DNA from: Candidatus Uhrbacteria bacterium
GTDB lineage: Bacteria; Patescibacteriota; Patescibacteriia; JACPHY01
Direction of reading: 5' to 3'
Length of the DNA: 64,000 nt
Assembly: GCA_016188355.1 (NCBI GenBank)
Contig: JACPHY010000005.1
Location: 7,389-71,388 of the forward strand
The number at the start of each line of letters is the position of its first letter. The first letter of the stretch is position 1. The notes below the pieces were generated by a model. That model was not told where the DNA came from and searched no databases. It was given only the letters and a program-made list of their open reading frames with translations. Shown one piece after another: positions 8,853-19,560 of the stretch. The position numbers and the translations under genes are program-made.

Positions 8853-8927
8853 GATGCCCATTCGCGAAAGACTAGACAAAACGGACCTCTCTACGAGGTT
8901 CGGCATCTTCCATTGCTCCGCAATACC

Positions 8928-8959
8928 ACAACACCCCGACCATGTGGTCAGGGTGTTGT
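8928..8959 (-). terminator. Hairpin downstream of rpoC (probable terminator)
   Basis: ACAACACCCCGACCA/TGGTCAGGGTGTTGT inverted repeat with a weak U tract. Confidence 0.5.
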
Positions 8960-8974
8960 ACGAGCTGCCTTCGG

Positions 8975-11900
8975 TTACCACTTCCTCGCTCCCTCAATAC
9001 CTTCCGGTTTCGCCATTTCCCCGAGCGGTACCACGTCGTACCGCTCGTGGCTGCGGAGACGGTACGGACGGAATCCGGTGCCAGCAGGGATGAGTCGACC
9101 GATGATCACGTTCTCCTTGAGACCATCGAGCCGATCCACCTTCCCCGTGACCGCCGCATTGATGAGCACCTTTGCCGTTTCCTGGAAGGACGCTGCGGAG
9201 AGAAATGATCGCGTGGAGAGCGAGACTCGCGAGATGCCGAGGAACAGGTCCTCTCCCGTTCCCGGTTGTCGGCCCTCCGCAAGGGCGATCGCGTTCGCCT
9301 CCTCGAACTCCGCACGTTCCACTGTTTCGCCTGGAAGAAGATTCGTCTCCCCCGAATCATTCACCATGACGCGGGAGAAGAGTTGCCGCACGATCGTTTC
9401 GATGTGCTTGTCGTTGAGCTTCTGCCCTTGCGAGGTATAGATCGTCTGCACCTCGGTGAGCATATAGCGCGCGACGCCTTCTTTTCCGGCGATACCGTAG
9501 AGTTCGTGTGGATCCACCGCGCCATCCGTGAGCTGTTGGCCGCGCGTCACCTGATCGCCGTCGCGCACCCAGAGCACATACCCCGGCGGCACAATGACCT
9601 CCTTCACCTTCTCCACCGGTCGCTCGAAGATGAGATGGTCCTCCTTCACCCGCACCACCCCGTCCGCTGGAGCGGTCACCTCATCGCGATTAAATTTGAG
9701 GAGCACCTGACCCACCGTCACTCGATCGCCGTCACTCACGCGCGGCGTCAATGCCGGCTTCCCCTCTTCCCGGGCGAATGGCATGCGCTCCTCCTCTGCC
9801 CCCATGTACGTGAGACTCACGATCTTCTGACCGGATGCGCCCTTCAGGATCGATTTCCCGGTTGCATCCTCGATCACTTTTTCTCGTGCATCAATACGCA
9901 CGATGCCGGCAGCCTCCGCGACGAATGCCTTACGCTTGGGCGCGCGCGCCTCGAACAGCTCTTCCACCCGAGGAAGACCCTGTGTGATATCGAGACCCGC
10001 CGCCACACCGCCCGTATGGAACGTACGCATGGTCAGCTGCGTACCCGGTTCACCAATGGATTGCGCCGCAATAATACCGACGGCCGTTCCAATGGACACT
10101 TCACGGTTGTATGCGAGATCCCATCCGTAGCAGCGCTGGCAAATGCCCCGATGCAGACGACAGGTAAGCGCGGAGCGCAAACGGATCGATGCCAATGGCG
10201 CATCACCGATGACCCGTGCATGCGCCGGGAGGAAGTACTCGCCCGCAGGGACCACCACCTCACCCGTCGTGGGATGCACCACGTCTGCGGCAGCGATACG
10301 GCCAATCGCACGCGCGAGGAGCGGCACGCCAATCACCTTGCTATCCGCGGCGGTAATCATCCATCCAGTCGTGTCGCCGCAATCATGCTCATGCACGACG
10401 ACGTCCTGTGCAACGTCCACGAGTCGACGCGTCAGGTATCCCGCGTTTGCGGTCTTCAATGCGGTATCCGTCAACCCCTTTCGCGCGCCGTGCGTCGAGA
10501 TGAAGTACTCAATCACATCGAGACCCTCTTTGAAACTCCCCTTCACCGGGAGCTCGATGATCTCACCGGCTGGGTTCGTCACGAGTCCCTTCATGCCCAC
10601 CATCTGCGTGAGCTGCGTCCACGAACCGCGAGCACCGGAATCAATCATGGTCGCAATGGGACCCTTTGGATCGAGCACCTCCTTACTGTGGCGCACGATC
10701 TTCTCCTTGGATTCCGTCCACACCTGGATGATTTGCGCGTGACGCTCCTCGTCGGTGAGGAGACCATCCGCGTACTGCTGCTCAATCTCATCCACCTGTG
10801 CCTGTGCCTCGTCCAGGATGGCGTGCTTATTCGGGAGGGTGGGGAGGTCGCTCATGCCCCAGGAATACGCCGTCTTCATGGCGTAGTAGAAACCGAGACG
10901 CTTCACGGCGTCCACGAGCGCAGCGGTTCGCTCACGACCATAGAGCTCGAGCGTCAAACGCACGATGTCGACGAGCGTCGAGGAGTTCACGGTGTCATTG
11001 CGGTACGGAATCTGCTCTGGGAGTATGCGGTGGAACACGATGCGGCCCACCGTCGTTTCGACGATGCCGGTCGGCCAGAGCGGATGCTGTTCTAATTTCG
11101 GGAATCGCACCCGGATGAGATCGCGAAGTCCCACCTGGCGCATTTGGTAGGCGAGGAACGCCTCGTCCGGCGAGGAGAAATACCGCCACGGCGCGTCCGC
11201 TTTCCGCTCCTCCACCATGGTGAGGAGATAACACCCCCACGCGATATCCTTGTTCGGTGTCACGATCGGCGACCCCGTCGCTGGCTTGAGGAGATTGTTC
11301 GAGGCAAGCATGAGCTCCGCCGCTTCCTTCCGTGCGCTCTCCGTGATTGGCAGGTGCACTGCCATTTGGTCTCCATCGAAGTCCGCGTTGTACGCCGTAC
11401 AGACGAGCGGGTGAATCTGAATCGCCTTCCCCTCAATGAGTTTCGGCCGGAACGCCTGAATACCGAGCCGGTGCAGCGTAGGCGCACGGTTCAAGAGCAC
11501 GTGACTGTCCTTCGTAATCTCCTCGAGGATATCCCATACCTCGGATCGGTCGCTCTCGATCACGCGATTCGCACCACGAATATTGTGCGCAAATCCGCGC
11601 GCAATGAGCTTCGAGATCACGAACGGCTTGAAGAGCTCGAGCGCCATGCGCTTCGGAATACCGCACTCGCCCAGCGCGAGTTCCGGACCCACCACAATCA
11701 CCGAACGCCCGGAGTAGTCGATGCGCTTCCCGAGGAGGTTCTGACGGAATCGGCCCTGCTTGCCCTTGAGCTGATCCGCGAGCGACTTCAACTGCCGTTT
11801 CTGGCCCGTAGCCGCCATGACGGTCTTTGACTGGCGCGCGGAGTTATCAATGAGCGCATCCACTGCCTCTTGGAGCATCCGGCGCTCGTTTCGGGAAATG

Positions 11901-12958
11901 ACCTCCGGCGCATTGAGTTCAATGAGTCGCTTCAACCGGTTATTGCGATTGATCACGCGACGATAGAGATCATTGAGATCGGAGGTTGCGAATCGCCCTC
12001 CGTCGAGCGCCACCATGGGCCGGAGATCCGGCGGAATAACCGGGACCACCGTCATCACCATCCACTCGGGACGGATGTGGTTGAGATGCAATGCGCGGAG
12101 GAGCTTCAACCGACGGAGCAGGCGCTCGCGCTTCTGTCCCTGCGCATCCACCAGTTCCTCTTGGAGCGCCTCCATCGTCTTCGGAATATCAATGCGCTCG
12201 AGGAGCTGGCGAATCGCTGCCGCGCCGATGCCCGCATTGAAGATATGCCCGTATTTCAGGGAGAGCTCCTGATACTGCTGCTCAGAGATCACCGCGAGCG
12301 GACGCAGCTCCTTGAGCTCCTCTTCCGCAATATGGAAGTCCTCCTCCAACACGGCGAGTTTCCGATCCCGTTCCCCTTCGAGATCGCGGATCGCTGCCGC
12401 AGTTGCCTCCGGATCCGCGCCCTCCTTCGCTGTGAGTCGTTGCGCAGCCTGCGCGGTGTCGCCCTCAATCTGCTTCCGCTTCCCCTTATACTCGCGCTTC
12501 ACCTGCTCCAACGTCTCACGCCGGAGCTCCTCATTCACCTCCGTAATGATGAAGTTCGCAAAGTAGACCACCTTCTCAATGGTCTGCACCCCGAGGTCAA
12601 GCACGAGGCCAATCTTGGAAGGCACGCTCCGGAGAAACCAGATATGGGAGACCGAGGTAGCGAGCTCAATATGCCCCATGCGCTCGCGGCGCACGAGTGA
12701 GTGCGTCACCTCCACGCCGCACTTATCACAGACGATGCCCTTATACCGCAGCTTCTTGTATTTTCCGCAGTAACACTCCCAATCTTTGGTGGGCCCGAAA
12801 ATCATCTCACAGAACAAGCCGTACTTTTCCGGCTTCTGCGTTCGGTAGTTGATCGTTTCCGGCTTCGTCACTTCTCCACGCGACCATGCCCGCATCACCT
12901 CAGGCGAGGCGAGCGTCAGACGGATCGCATCAAATTCGAGCGTTTTGGGTTCGTACAT
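8975..12958 (-). CDS. rpoC: DNA-directed RNA polymerase subunit beta'
   Basis: NADFDGD catalytic motif, N-terminal Zn finger (CYCGKYK...CDKC), GEPGTQLTMRTFH. Confidence 0.99.
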   Translation of the reverse strand: MYEPKTLEFDAIRLTLASPEVMRAWSRGEVTKPETINYRTQKPEKYGLFCEMIFGPTKDWECYCGKYKKLRYKGIVCDKCGVEVTHSLVRRERMGHIELATSVSHIWFLRSVPSKIGLVLDLGVQTIEKVVYFANFIITEVNEELRRETLEQVKREYKGKRKQIEGDTAQAAQRLTAKEGADPEATAAAIRDLEGERDRKLAVLEEDFHIAEEELKELRPLAVISEQQYQELSLKYGHIFNAGIGAAAIRQLLERIDIPKTMEALQEELVDAQGQKRERLLRRLKLLRALHLNHIRPEWMVMTVVPVIPPDLRPMVALDGGRFATSDLNDLYRRVINRNNRLKRLIELNAPEVISRNERRMLQEAVDALIDNSARQSKTVMAATGQKRQLKSLADQLKGKQGRFRQNLLGKRIDYSGRSVIVVGPELALGECGIPKRMALELFKPFVISKLIARGFAHNIRGANRVIESDRSEVWDILEEITKDSHVLLNRAPTLHRLGIQAFRPKLIEGKAIQIHPLVCTAYNADFDGDQMAVHLPITESARKEAAELMLASNNLLKPATGSPIVTPNKDIAWGCYLLTMVEERKADAPWRYFSSPDEAFLAYQMRQVGLRDLIRVRFPKLEQHPLWPTGIVETTVGRIVFHRILPEQIPYRNDTVNSSTLVDIVRLTLELYGRERTAALVDAVKRLGFYYAMKTAYSWGMSDLPTLPNKHAILDEAQAQVDEIEQQYADGLLTDEERHAQIIQVWTESKEKIVRHSKEVLDPKGPIATMIDSGARGSWTQLTQMVGMKGLVTNPAGEIIELPVKGSFKEGLDVIEYFISTHGARKGLTDTALKTANAGYLTRRLVDVAQDVVVHEHDCGDTTGWMITAADSKVIGVPLLARAIGRIAAADVVHPTTGEVVVPAGEYFLPAHARVIGDAPLASIRLRSALTCRLHRGICQRCYGWDLAYNREVSIGTAVGIIAAQSIGEPGTQLTMRTFHTGGVAAGLDITQGLPRVEELFEARAPKRKAFVAEAAGIVRIDAREKVIEDATGKSILKGASGQKIVSLTYMGAEEERMPFAREEGKPALTPRVSDGDRVTVGQVLLKFNRDEVTAPADGVVRVKEDHLIFERPVEKVKEVIVPPGYVLWVRDGDQVTRGQQLTDGAVDPHELYGIAGKEGVARYMLTEVQTIYTSQGQKLNDKHIETIVRQLFSRVMVNDSGETNLLPGETVERAEFEEANAIALAEGRQPGTGEDLFLGISRVSLSTRSFLSAASFQETAKVLINAAVTGKVDRLDGLKENVIIGRLIPAGTGFRPYRLRSHERYDVVPLGEMAKPEGIEGARKW

Positions 12959-12961
12959 ACG

Positions 12962-15900
12962 CTAGTGCTTCGTTCGGTGCGTTCGTGCCCGCGGCTCCTC
13001 TGCCACGTCTTCCGCCGCTGCAGCGTCGACCTCGGTCGCTGCAGGTGTACCGTCCGCCGGCAATTCCTTGAGGAGTTCAATGTCGAGCCCCAACCCCTTG
13101 AGTTCCCGAATGAGCACGTGGAACGATTCTGGCACGGACAACTTATCAATGGGTTCGCCCTTGATAATCGACTCGTATGCTTTCGCACGACCCGGCACGT
13201 CGTCGGACTTGATCGTGAGAATTTCCTGGAGCATGTGCGCCGCACCGTACGCCTCGAGCGCCCACACCTCCATTTCTCCGAACCGCTGTCCGCCGAACTG
13301 CGCCTTGCCGCCGAGCGGCTGCTGCGTAATGAGGGAGTACGGACCAATCGAACGTTGGTGAATCTTGTCGTCCACCATGTGTGCGAGTTTGAGGAGGTAG
13401 ACGTATCCAATGGTCACCGGGTGATCGAACGATTCCCCCGTCTTACCATCCAGCAACGTCACCTGGCCCGTCTTCGGGAATCCGGCGCGCTCGAGCTCGC
13501 TATGAATCGTCGCATCGTCGATGCCATCGAGTGGCGGGGTGGCCACGTGATAACCAAGTGTGTGCGCCGCAAGCCCGAGGTGCGCCTCAAGGATCTGCCC
13601 GAGGTTCATACGGGACACGACACCGAGCGGCGTCAGGATGATGTCGACCGGTCGCCCATCCACAAGGAACGGCATGTCCTCCACGGGAAGAATCTTGGAA
13701 ATAACACCCTTGTTTCCATGGCGACCCGCAAGCTTATCCCCTGCCTGAATTTTTCGGAGATCGGCCACGGAGACTTGAATGGATTCGATGACGCCCGGTG
13801 AGAGCTTATCGCCCGCCTCTGCCGAGAACACCTTCACGTCCACCACCTTGCCGCGCTCGCCGTGCTCGAGGGTGAGCGAAGTGTCGCGCACATCGCGCGC
13901 CTTCTCACCGAAAATCGCACGCAGGAGCTTCTCTTCCGCAGAGAGCTCCGTCTCCCCTTTCGGGGTGATTTTCCCCACGAGAATGTCGCCGGGACCCACC
14001 TCTGCACCGATGCGCACAATACCGCGCTCGTCGAGGTTCGCGAGTTTCTCTTCCGAAACGTTCGGGATATCCGCGGTCACCACTTCCGGCCCCAGCTTCG
14101 TTTCGCGAACATCAATGGTGTGGTGCTCAATGTGGATCGAGGTGAGGCGATCCTGCTGCACGACGCGCTCGGACACGATAATCGCGTCTTCGTAGTTGTA
14201 CCCACCCCAGATCATGTACGCGACGAGGATGTTCTGTCCGAGGGCGAGTTCGCCATGATCGGTGGATGGTCCATCCACGATAGGTTGCCCCTGCTGCACG
14301 CGGGTTCCCACATCCACAATGGGACGCTGGTTAATGCAGGTGGCGGCGTTCGATCGCAGGAACTTCTTAAATGTTTCGGTCTGTCGCCGACCATCATCTG
14401 CCGTGACGACAATATGCGCGCCGTCGACTTCGGTGATCGTGCCGTCAAACTCGGCAAGTACGACGTATCCCGAATCCCGCGCGGCGAGCCGCTCGACCCC
14501 CGTGCCGACGACCGGCGCCTGCGGCTTCACGAGTGGCACCGCCTGACGTTGCATGTTCGTACCCATGAGCGCGCGGTTTGCGTCGTCATGTTCGATGAAC
14601 GGAATGAGTGCGGTGGAAATGGAGATGATCTGATGCGGTGCCACATCGACGTAATCGATTTCCGTGGTGGGCACCACCATGGGCTGACCGTGCCGACGCG
14701 CAGGCACCTTCTCCGCAACGAACGTCCCATCTTCACGGATGGCAGTCGCTGCGCAGGTCGTGTGCCGCTCCTCCACGACTGCGGTAAGGTACTCCGTCTC
14801 ATCGGTAACGCGCGGTACACCATCGTTCCCCTTTTTCACCCTTCGGTACGGCGTCTCGATGAATCCATACTCATTCACGCGCGCGTAACTCGCGAGGTGA
14901 CCGACGAGTCCAATGTTTGGTCCTTCGGGGGTCGCAATCGGACAGATACGGCCATAGTGCGTGCGATGCACGTCGCGCACATCGAATCCGGCACGCTCCC
15001 GGGAGAGACCGCCGGGGCCCATCGCGGAGAGCCGACGCTTGTGCTCGAGCTCCGCGAGCGGATTCGTCTGATCCATGAACTGCGAAAGCTGCGAGCTCAT
15101 GAAGAACTCGCGAATCGCACCGATGACCGGACGCGCATTGATGAGCTTTGCTGGCGTGAGCGACGCAATTTCCATCGTGGACATGCGATCCTTCACGATG
15201 CGCTCCATGCGCGCGAGACCAACGCGGAGCTTGTTCTGCACGAGCTCCCCAATCGGGCGAATGCGGCGATTCCCGAGGTGGTCCACGTCATCCGCCTCTT
15301 CCTGCGAAACGTTCAGCCGCACCACCTCTTTAAACACGAGGAGAAAATCCTCCGGACGCAGCATGCGGTTCGGCGGCGTAATGGGAATATCGAGCCCGAA
15401 TCGCTGATTCAACTTGTAGCGACCGACACGACCGAAATCATATCGATCAAATCGGAAGAACATGCCGTGGAGCAGTTGCTTCGCGTTGTCGGAGGTCGCC
15501 AGGTCGCCAGGTCGGATGCGCTTGTATACCTCCGTGAGACCATCCTCGACGCTCGCCGCAGCGTCGCGCTTGAGCGTGGCATCGAGGTACGACATCGTCG
15601 TCGACGTATCGACGTCGACGAACAACTGCCGAATCTGTTCCGTGTCCCCCCAACCAAATGCGCGGAGGAGCGATGTTGCCGCCACCTTACGTTTGCGATC
15701 GATCTTCACCCAAATCACGCCCTGCGCGTCCGTCTCGAGTTCGAGCCATGCGCCGCGGTTCGGAATCACTTTCGCCCCATACCAACGGCGACCACGATTC
15801 ACCTCCGAGGTAAAAAATACCCCGGCGGAACGAATAATCTGCGAAATAACCACGCGCTCCACGCCGTTAATCACGAACGTGCCGCGCGGCGTCATCATGG

Positions 15901-16240
15901 GAAAATCACCGAGGTACACCTCCTGCTCCTTTACCTCTCCCGTCCGCTTGTTCACGAGCTTCGCATTAACGCGAAGCGGCGCTTCGTAGTTGAGGTTCTT
16001 CGCACGACTCGTCGCTTCATCGAACTTCGGCTCGTCGAAGTAGTAGTTCCCCAGCTCGAGTTCCAGGTCGCGACCAATGAAGTCACGCACGGGCGAGATC
16101 TCATCGAACAACTCACGGATGCCTTCCCGGAGGAACCAGTCATAGGAGCGCTTCTGGATCTCCACGAGATCCGGAAGGTCCATCGCGGTGCGCAGCGGCG
16201 AGAGATACTGCCGCTCCGCGGTCGGTGACACGGTGCGCAT
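12962..16240 (-). CDS. rpoB: DNA-directed RNA polymerase subunit beta
   Basis: [24 protein letters not shown] and GGQRFGEME motifs; compact 1092 aa. Confidence 0.99.
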   Translation of the reverse strand: MRTVSPTAERQYLSPLRTAMDLPDLVEIQKRSYDWFLREGIRELFDEISPVRDFIGRDLELELGNYYFDEPKFDEATSRAKNLNYEAPLRVNAKLVNKRTGEVKEQEVYLGDFPMMTPRGTFVINGVERVVISQIIRSAGVFFTSEVNRGRRWYGAKVIPNRGAWLELETDAQGVIWVKIDRKRKVAATSLLRAFGWGDTEQIRQLFVDVDTSTTMSYLDATLKRDAAASVEDGLTEVYKRIRPGDLATSDNAKQLLHGMFFRFDRYDFGRVGRYKLNQRFGLDIPITPPNRMLRPEDFLLVFKEVVRLNVSQEEADDVDHLGNRRIRPIGELVQNKLRVGLARMERIVKDRMSTMEIASLTPAKLINARPVIGAIREFFMSSQLSQFMDQTNPLAELEHKRRLSAMGPGGLSRERAGFDVRDVHRTHYGRICPIATPEGPNIGLVGHLASYARVNEYGFIETPYRRVKKGNDGVPRVTDETEYLTAVVEERHTTCAATAIREDGTFVAEKVPARRHGQPMVVPTTEIDYVDVAPHQIISISTALIPFIEHDDANRALMGTNMQRQAVPLVKPQAPVVGTGVERLAARDSGYVVLAEFDGTITEVDGAHIVVTADDGRRQTETFKKFLRSNAATCINQRPIVDVGTRVQQGQPIVDGPSTDHGELALGQNILVAYMIWGGYNYEDAIIVSERVVQQDRLTSIHIEHHTIDVRETKLGPEVVTADIPNVSEEKLANLDERGIVRIGAEVGPGDILVGKITPKGETELSAEEKLLRAIFGEKARDVRDTSLTLEHGERGKVVDVKVFSAEAGDKLSPGVIESIQVSVADLRKIQAGDKLAGRHGNKGVISKILPVEDMPFLVDGRPVDIILTPLGVVSRMNLGQILEAHLGLAAHTLGYHVATPPLDGIDDATIHSELERAGFPKTGQVTLLDGKTGESFDHPVTIGYVYLLKLAHMVDDKIHQRSIGPYSLITQQPLGGKAQFGGQRFGEMEVWALEAYGAAHMLQEILTIKSDDVPGRAKAYESIIKGEPIDKLSVPESFHVLIRELKGLGLDIELLKELPADGTPAATEVDAAAAEDVAEEPRARTHRTKH

Positions 16241-16508
16241 AGATATGGATGACGACAGAGCACGTGCTACGGGTATTCAGAAAACTCCTGAACACGAAAC
16301 AAAAACCTCAGTTCCGCAATAGGAAACAGAGGCCACTCCTCGCTTGGTTACGCCATTCGAGGCGACATTAACGTTCATTTCCGCTGGCATCGCTCCGTAC
16401 ACCGGGGCGAGGATCCCTACCAGCGGCGCGCCATCCACGGGACGCGTCCCTCTCCATCCCTATCCGATACGCGCGATCGCTAGGGATGACGAGGTGAATT
16501 CGTATTTG

Positions 16509-16538
16509 AGTATACAAGGCGCATAAGACGCGCGTCAA
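16509..16538 (-). promoter_or_regulatory. Sigma70-type promoter of rpoBC
   Basis: Minus strand TTGACG-N18-TATACT, ~260 nt upstream of rpoB. Confidence 0.6.
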
Positions 16539-16753
16539 GATTCTGCGGAACTCCGTACGCGCTCGAGGTGCGGCATGGGTTCGCCGCCGAATCCAACAGA
16601 ATAATGTCCGTCATGGCTCAACCAAGCAAAGGGTGAATTCAATTTTTGTCATACTCCACTTTATTTTATTGATTAAGTAACATTGTTAACTAATTGATTC
16701 TCTTAAATATTAGCTAATTTAAGCATAATAGTGTTTGTAATTGTTTGATACTC

Positions 16754-16782
16754 TTGACAGAATTCGAACGGCATGCTATAGT
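16754..16782 (+). promoter_or_regulatory. Near-consensus sigma70 promoter with AT-rich upstream region
   Basis: TTGACA-N17-TATAGT with extended TG, preceded by ~110 nt of AT-rich sequence. Confidence 0.8.
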
Positions 16783-16789
16783 TGATTGT

Positions 16790-17350
16790 TCGATGATCGA
16801 TCGCGCCTTCAGAACCGCACGATGAACCAGCGACATGGAGGAGAGCCTCCGCGTAACCCTCTGGGCCAGGCGGAATTGGTGTCGAAGGTGTGCGAGGCGG
16901 GACCCGCTCCGGCGGACTCCTGTGGCGCCACATCAACGGCATCGCGCTCGCGGATCCCCTCGTGGGACCTCCTTCGAGCATCGCCTCCATATCGTTGGTT
17001 CATCGGCAAACGCGGAGGAACCTCCCGGTTCCCCCGCGAACCCCCTCCCTCCTGCGAGGTCGCTTGTCTGCGGGCACGTTTGGGCCGGGCAAAGCCCTTC
17101 CCCCCAAACATGTCCTCGACTGCGCTCAGTTGATCAGGGAGAGGTCGTCTACGTTCCAGGTTCGGAGAGCACAGGGGACTTTTACAACGTCCCTCGAGGA
17201 CAACCCGTCCCCCGCTGCTCTCCGAATCCGGGACGCACACGGATGTGCGGCCCCTTTCACAAGAGAAGCAAACCTGAGATCAGGACACGGATGTCCGAAG
17301 TCTCACCCATACAAGAACGAAGGCTCGTAGCGGACGGTGCCGCGGAGCCT
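16790..17350 (+). ncRNA. Candidate large structured RNA / long structured 5' leader (family unknown)
   Basis: 22-bp stem 16820-16841/16984-17005, 20-bp stem 17152-17171/17216-17235, several further hairpins with G.U pairs, and no credible ORF. Confidence 0.45.
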
Positions 17351-17381
17351 ACACATGCGCGATGCGCAGGAGGATACCCAG

Positions 17382-18626
17382 ATGACGAAGCAGATGACGA
17401 ACGCCGCCCAGAACCAGAGCCGGAACGCCACCGAACCAAGGCCCGAGCTCAACCGCGAGCCGCGCCGCGGCCGCGAGATGAGCCTCGAGGAGGCCACCGC
17501 GGCCGCCAAGAAGGAGCTCGAGAAGGCGAACGGGCGCCTGGCGAGCGTCTCGGCGCTCGTCAACGACTCCGGCATCGCGACGTGCGGGAAGTGCAAGATC
17601 GGCGTGAAGGCGACGGTGGCGAAGCACGTCCGCGCGGACGTCCGGTGCCCGCAGTGCGTCGGCGACCTCGACCGCCCGTACACGCTGTCCATCTCGATCG
17701 AGCGGTTCACGAAGCAGGCCGCCGAGGCGAAGACCGAGGCGAACCGAATCCAGAGCAAGCTCGACGCGAAGGCGGCGGAGAAGGCGGCGGACGAGGACCA
17801 CGCGGCGAAGATCGTGATGTGCGCGGGGCTCTCGGACCGCTCCGAGATCAACGGGCTCATCGATCGGTACGCCGGCGAGCGGCGAGAGGCCTTTGGGGCT
17901 CTCGACCGGCTCCAGCCGCGGCAGGAGGACGTCGGAAAGCTCGGCCTCGGCACGATCGGCGAGCTGCTCAAGACCAAGAGGGAGCGGATCGTGGTGGCGC
18001 AGGCCACCCGGACCGAGCTCGACAAGGTCAACCAGCAGATCGGCGACATGCTCGATGCCCGGCAGACCGGCGAGGCGCTCGATGCGGCCCGCGCGCAGCG
18101 TGCGACGGTCCAGAAGACGCTCGACAGGCTGAACGACGAGATCGACGAGATCTCCCGGCAGCTCGACGGGCTCTTCGACCAGAAGCACGCGGCGCAGAGG
18201 ACGGCCCGCCTCTGCAAGGAGCTGCTCGATGCGCTCTACGGCGCGCTCCGGCGGATCTCCGCGCAGGGCCGGGAGGTCCGTGCGGACCTCGTCGAGCGGG
18301 GCTACCGGCAGGGCGGCAGGGGCCAGCGGAACGGCGGCGGACAGGGCGGCGGGAACCGGGGGAAGGGGAAGGGCAGCGATGCCCGGAACCAGACCTCGGC
18401 CACCGACGACCGCGACGACGTCGTTCAGCGCGCGCTGAAGCTGCAGGAGACGCGGCCGGACCTCACCACGCAGGAGGCGATCCAGAGGGTGAAGGACCAG
18501 GACGCGGCCTACGAGCAGCACGAGCTGCAGCAGAGCTACGAGTACGAGCCCGCGGAGGCCGATGAGGTCCTCGACGCCGCCATCGGCGCCGGCACCTACA
18601 GCGCCTCGCCGCGCGCCCGCGCCTAG
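17382..18626 (+). CDS. Orphan coiled-coil protein with a C4 Zn finger and Gly/Arg-rich segment
   Basis: AGGAGG SD before the ATG at 17382; very strong G/C third-position bias; CGKC...CPQC; long heptad-rich helices; RQGGRGQRNGGGQGGG. Confidence 0.85.
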   Translation: MTKQMTNAAQNQSRNATEPRPELNREPRRGREMSLEEATAAAKKELEKANGRLASVSALVNDSGIATCGKCKIGVKATVAKHVRADVRCPQCVGDLDRPYTLSISIERFTKQAAEAKTEANRIQSKLDAKAAEKAADEDHAAKIVMCAGLSDRSEINGLIDRYAGERREAFGALDRLQPRQEDVGKLGLGTIGELLKTKRERIVVAQATRTELDKVNQQIGDMLDARQTGEALDAARAQRATVQKTLDRLNDEIDEISRQLDGLFDQKHAAQRTARLCKELLDALYGALRRISAQGREVRADLVERGYRQGGRGQRNGGGQGGGNRGKGKGSDARNQTSATDDRDDVVQRALKLQETRPDLTTQEAIQRVKDQDAAYEQHELQQSYEYEPAEADEVLDAAIGAGTYSASPRARA

Positions 18627-18900
18627 CAGCGCCTCCGCGCCGCGACCCACTCCGCCGGGGATGCACGGGCGGGCCGTGGAGAGATCACCCGGATCTCCAC
18701 GAGTACATCGGGGGGTAGCCTGACCCAAAACACAGGAAGTCGTCCGAGGACGAAGCTCGCTCCACTTTTTCGGAGCTCGAGTTTCGCCCGGGCGCACAGG
18801 GACGGGAGAGAGTTCTATCCTCTCCCGCCGATCCTCCCGGACACGAGTCAGGATGACTCGCGACCGGAAGCCATCGGAAGCAACAACCACCCACAAGGAG
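18627..18900 (+). other. Structured intergenic segment (stacked hairpins)
   Basis: Hairpins GTGGAGA..GATC/GATC.TCCAC, CGAAGCTCG/CGAGTTTCG, CGGGAGAG/CTCTCCCG and CGAGTCA-GGA-TGACTCG. Confidence 0.4.
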
Positions 18901-18905
18901 GCAAC

Positions 18906-19085
18906 GTGCAGGATCTGTGTGACCGCAAGGCGCGATGGACCGGAGCAATGCTCATCGTCGGACTGTTCGCGATGATCATGGGATTTGGGACCATCGCAAA
19001 GGACCTCTCCGGCCTTCCGGCGACGGTCCACCGGATCCTGGGGGTCGTGCCCCAGCCGGAGCCGATCGCGCTCCGCGATCCGTAA
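18906..19085 (+). CDS. 59-aa single-TM microprotein (not in ORF track)
   Basis: AAGGAGG SD + GTG; MQDLCDRKARWTGAMLIVGLFAMIMGFGTIAKDLSGLPATVHRILGVVPQPEPIALRDP; GC3-rich codons. Confidence 0.65.
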   Translation: MQDLCDRKARWTGAMLIVGLFAMIMGFGTIAKDLSGLPATVHRILGVVPQPEPIALRDP

Positions 19086-19158
19086 CCGGCCTTCCGGTTC
19101 GCAACTCTCACCGGCCGGCCGCCTTCTGCGCGCCGGTCGTTCTCGTTCGGAGGTCATC

Positions 19159-19266
19159 ATGTTCCTTTTCTCACTGATGAGCATCATCGGCGCGCTCGGG
19201 ATGTGCACCATCGCTCCGCTCTTTGTGGAGCAGGGCAAAGCGGACGGCCTCGTCCAGCATCGCTGA
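19159..19266 (+). CDS. 35-aa hydrophobic microprotein
   Basis: GGAGG SD + ATG; MFLFSLMSIIGALGMCTIAPLFVEQGKADGLVQHR. Confidence 0.45.
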   Translation: MFLFSLMSIIGALGMCTIAPLFVEQGKADGLVQHR

Positions 19267-19560
19267 TGGATCCACGCGGAGCGCCTCAGCTCCGGCAACT
19301 GAACATCTGAGGAAGTCCTTGACCGGCAATGGTCTGGGCATGACGACGGGGACCCCTTGGTCCCCGGAACGCTCTTGGTACGGGAACCCGGTTCCGCGAC
19401 AAAAGCGTTCCTTATCACCCACCAACCGAAGGGAGGCAGCGTGTACGAACCTTGGCCGTGCTGAGGACGACACCCATTGGAGGCGACTCACACGGGTCGC
19501 CTCTCTGCATTCCTCCCCTACCACTCACCACCATCAGAAGTCAGAAAAAAGGAGTATCAC

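Noticed and set aside
13862-16228. 788-aa ORF and other long ORFs opposite rpoB/rpoC
   Set aside because: Antisense shadows of well-supported genes.
16630-16760. AT-rich patch as replication origin
   Set aside because: No DnaA boxes (TTATCCACA-like) seen and no dnaA/dnaN nearby; explained by divergent promoters.
16820-17005. Firm 6S RNA call
   Set aside because: The size fits, but the internal loop is one-sided and the structure continues for ~350 nt more; kept only as an unknown structured RNA.
17349-19418. 689-aa minus-strand ORF and 576-aa alternative plus-frame ORF (16835-18565)
   Set aside because: By-products of extreme GC3 in the 17382-18626 gene, which has the SD and a coherent protein composition.
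19301-19480. RNase P (GAGGAAGTCC) or hammerhead (CTGAGGA) fragments
   Set aside because: The partner motifs (RNase P 3' P4 strand; hammerhead GAAA with flanking stems) were not found.
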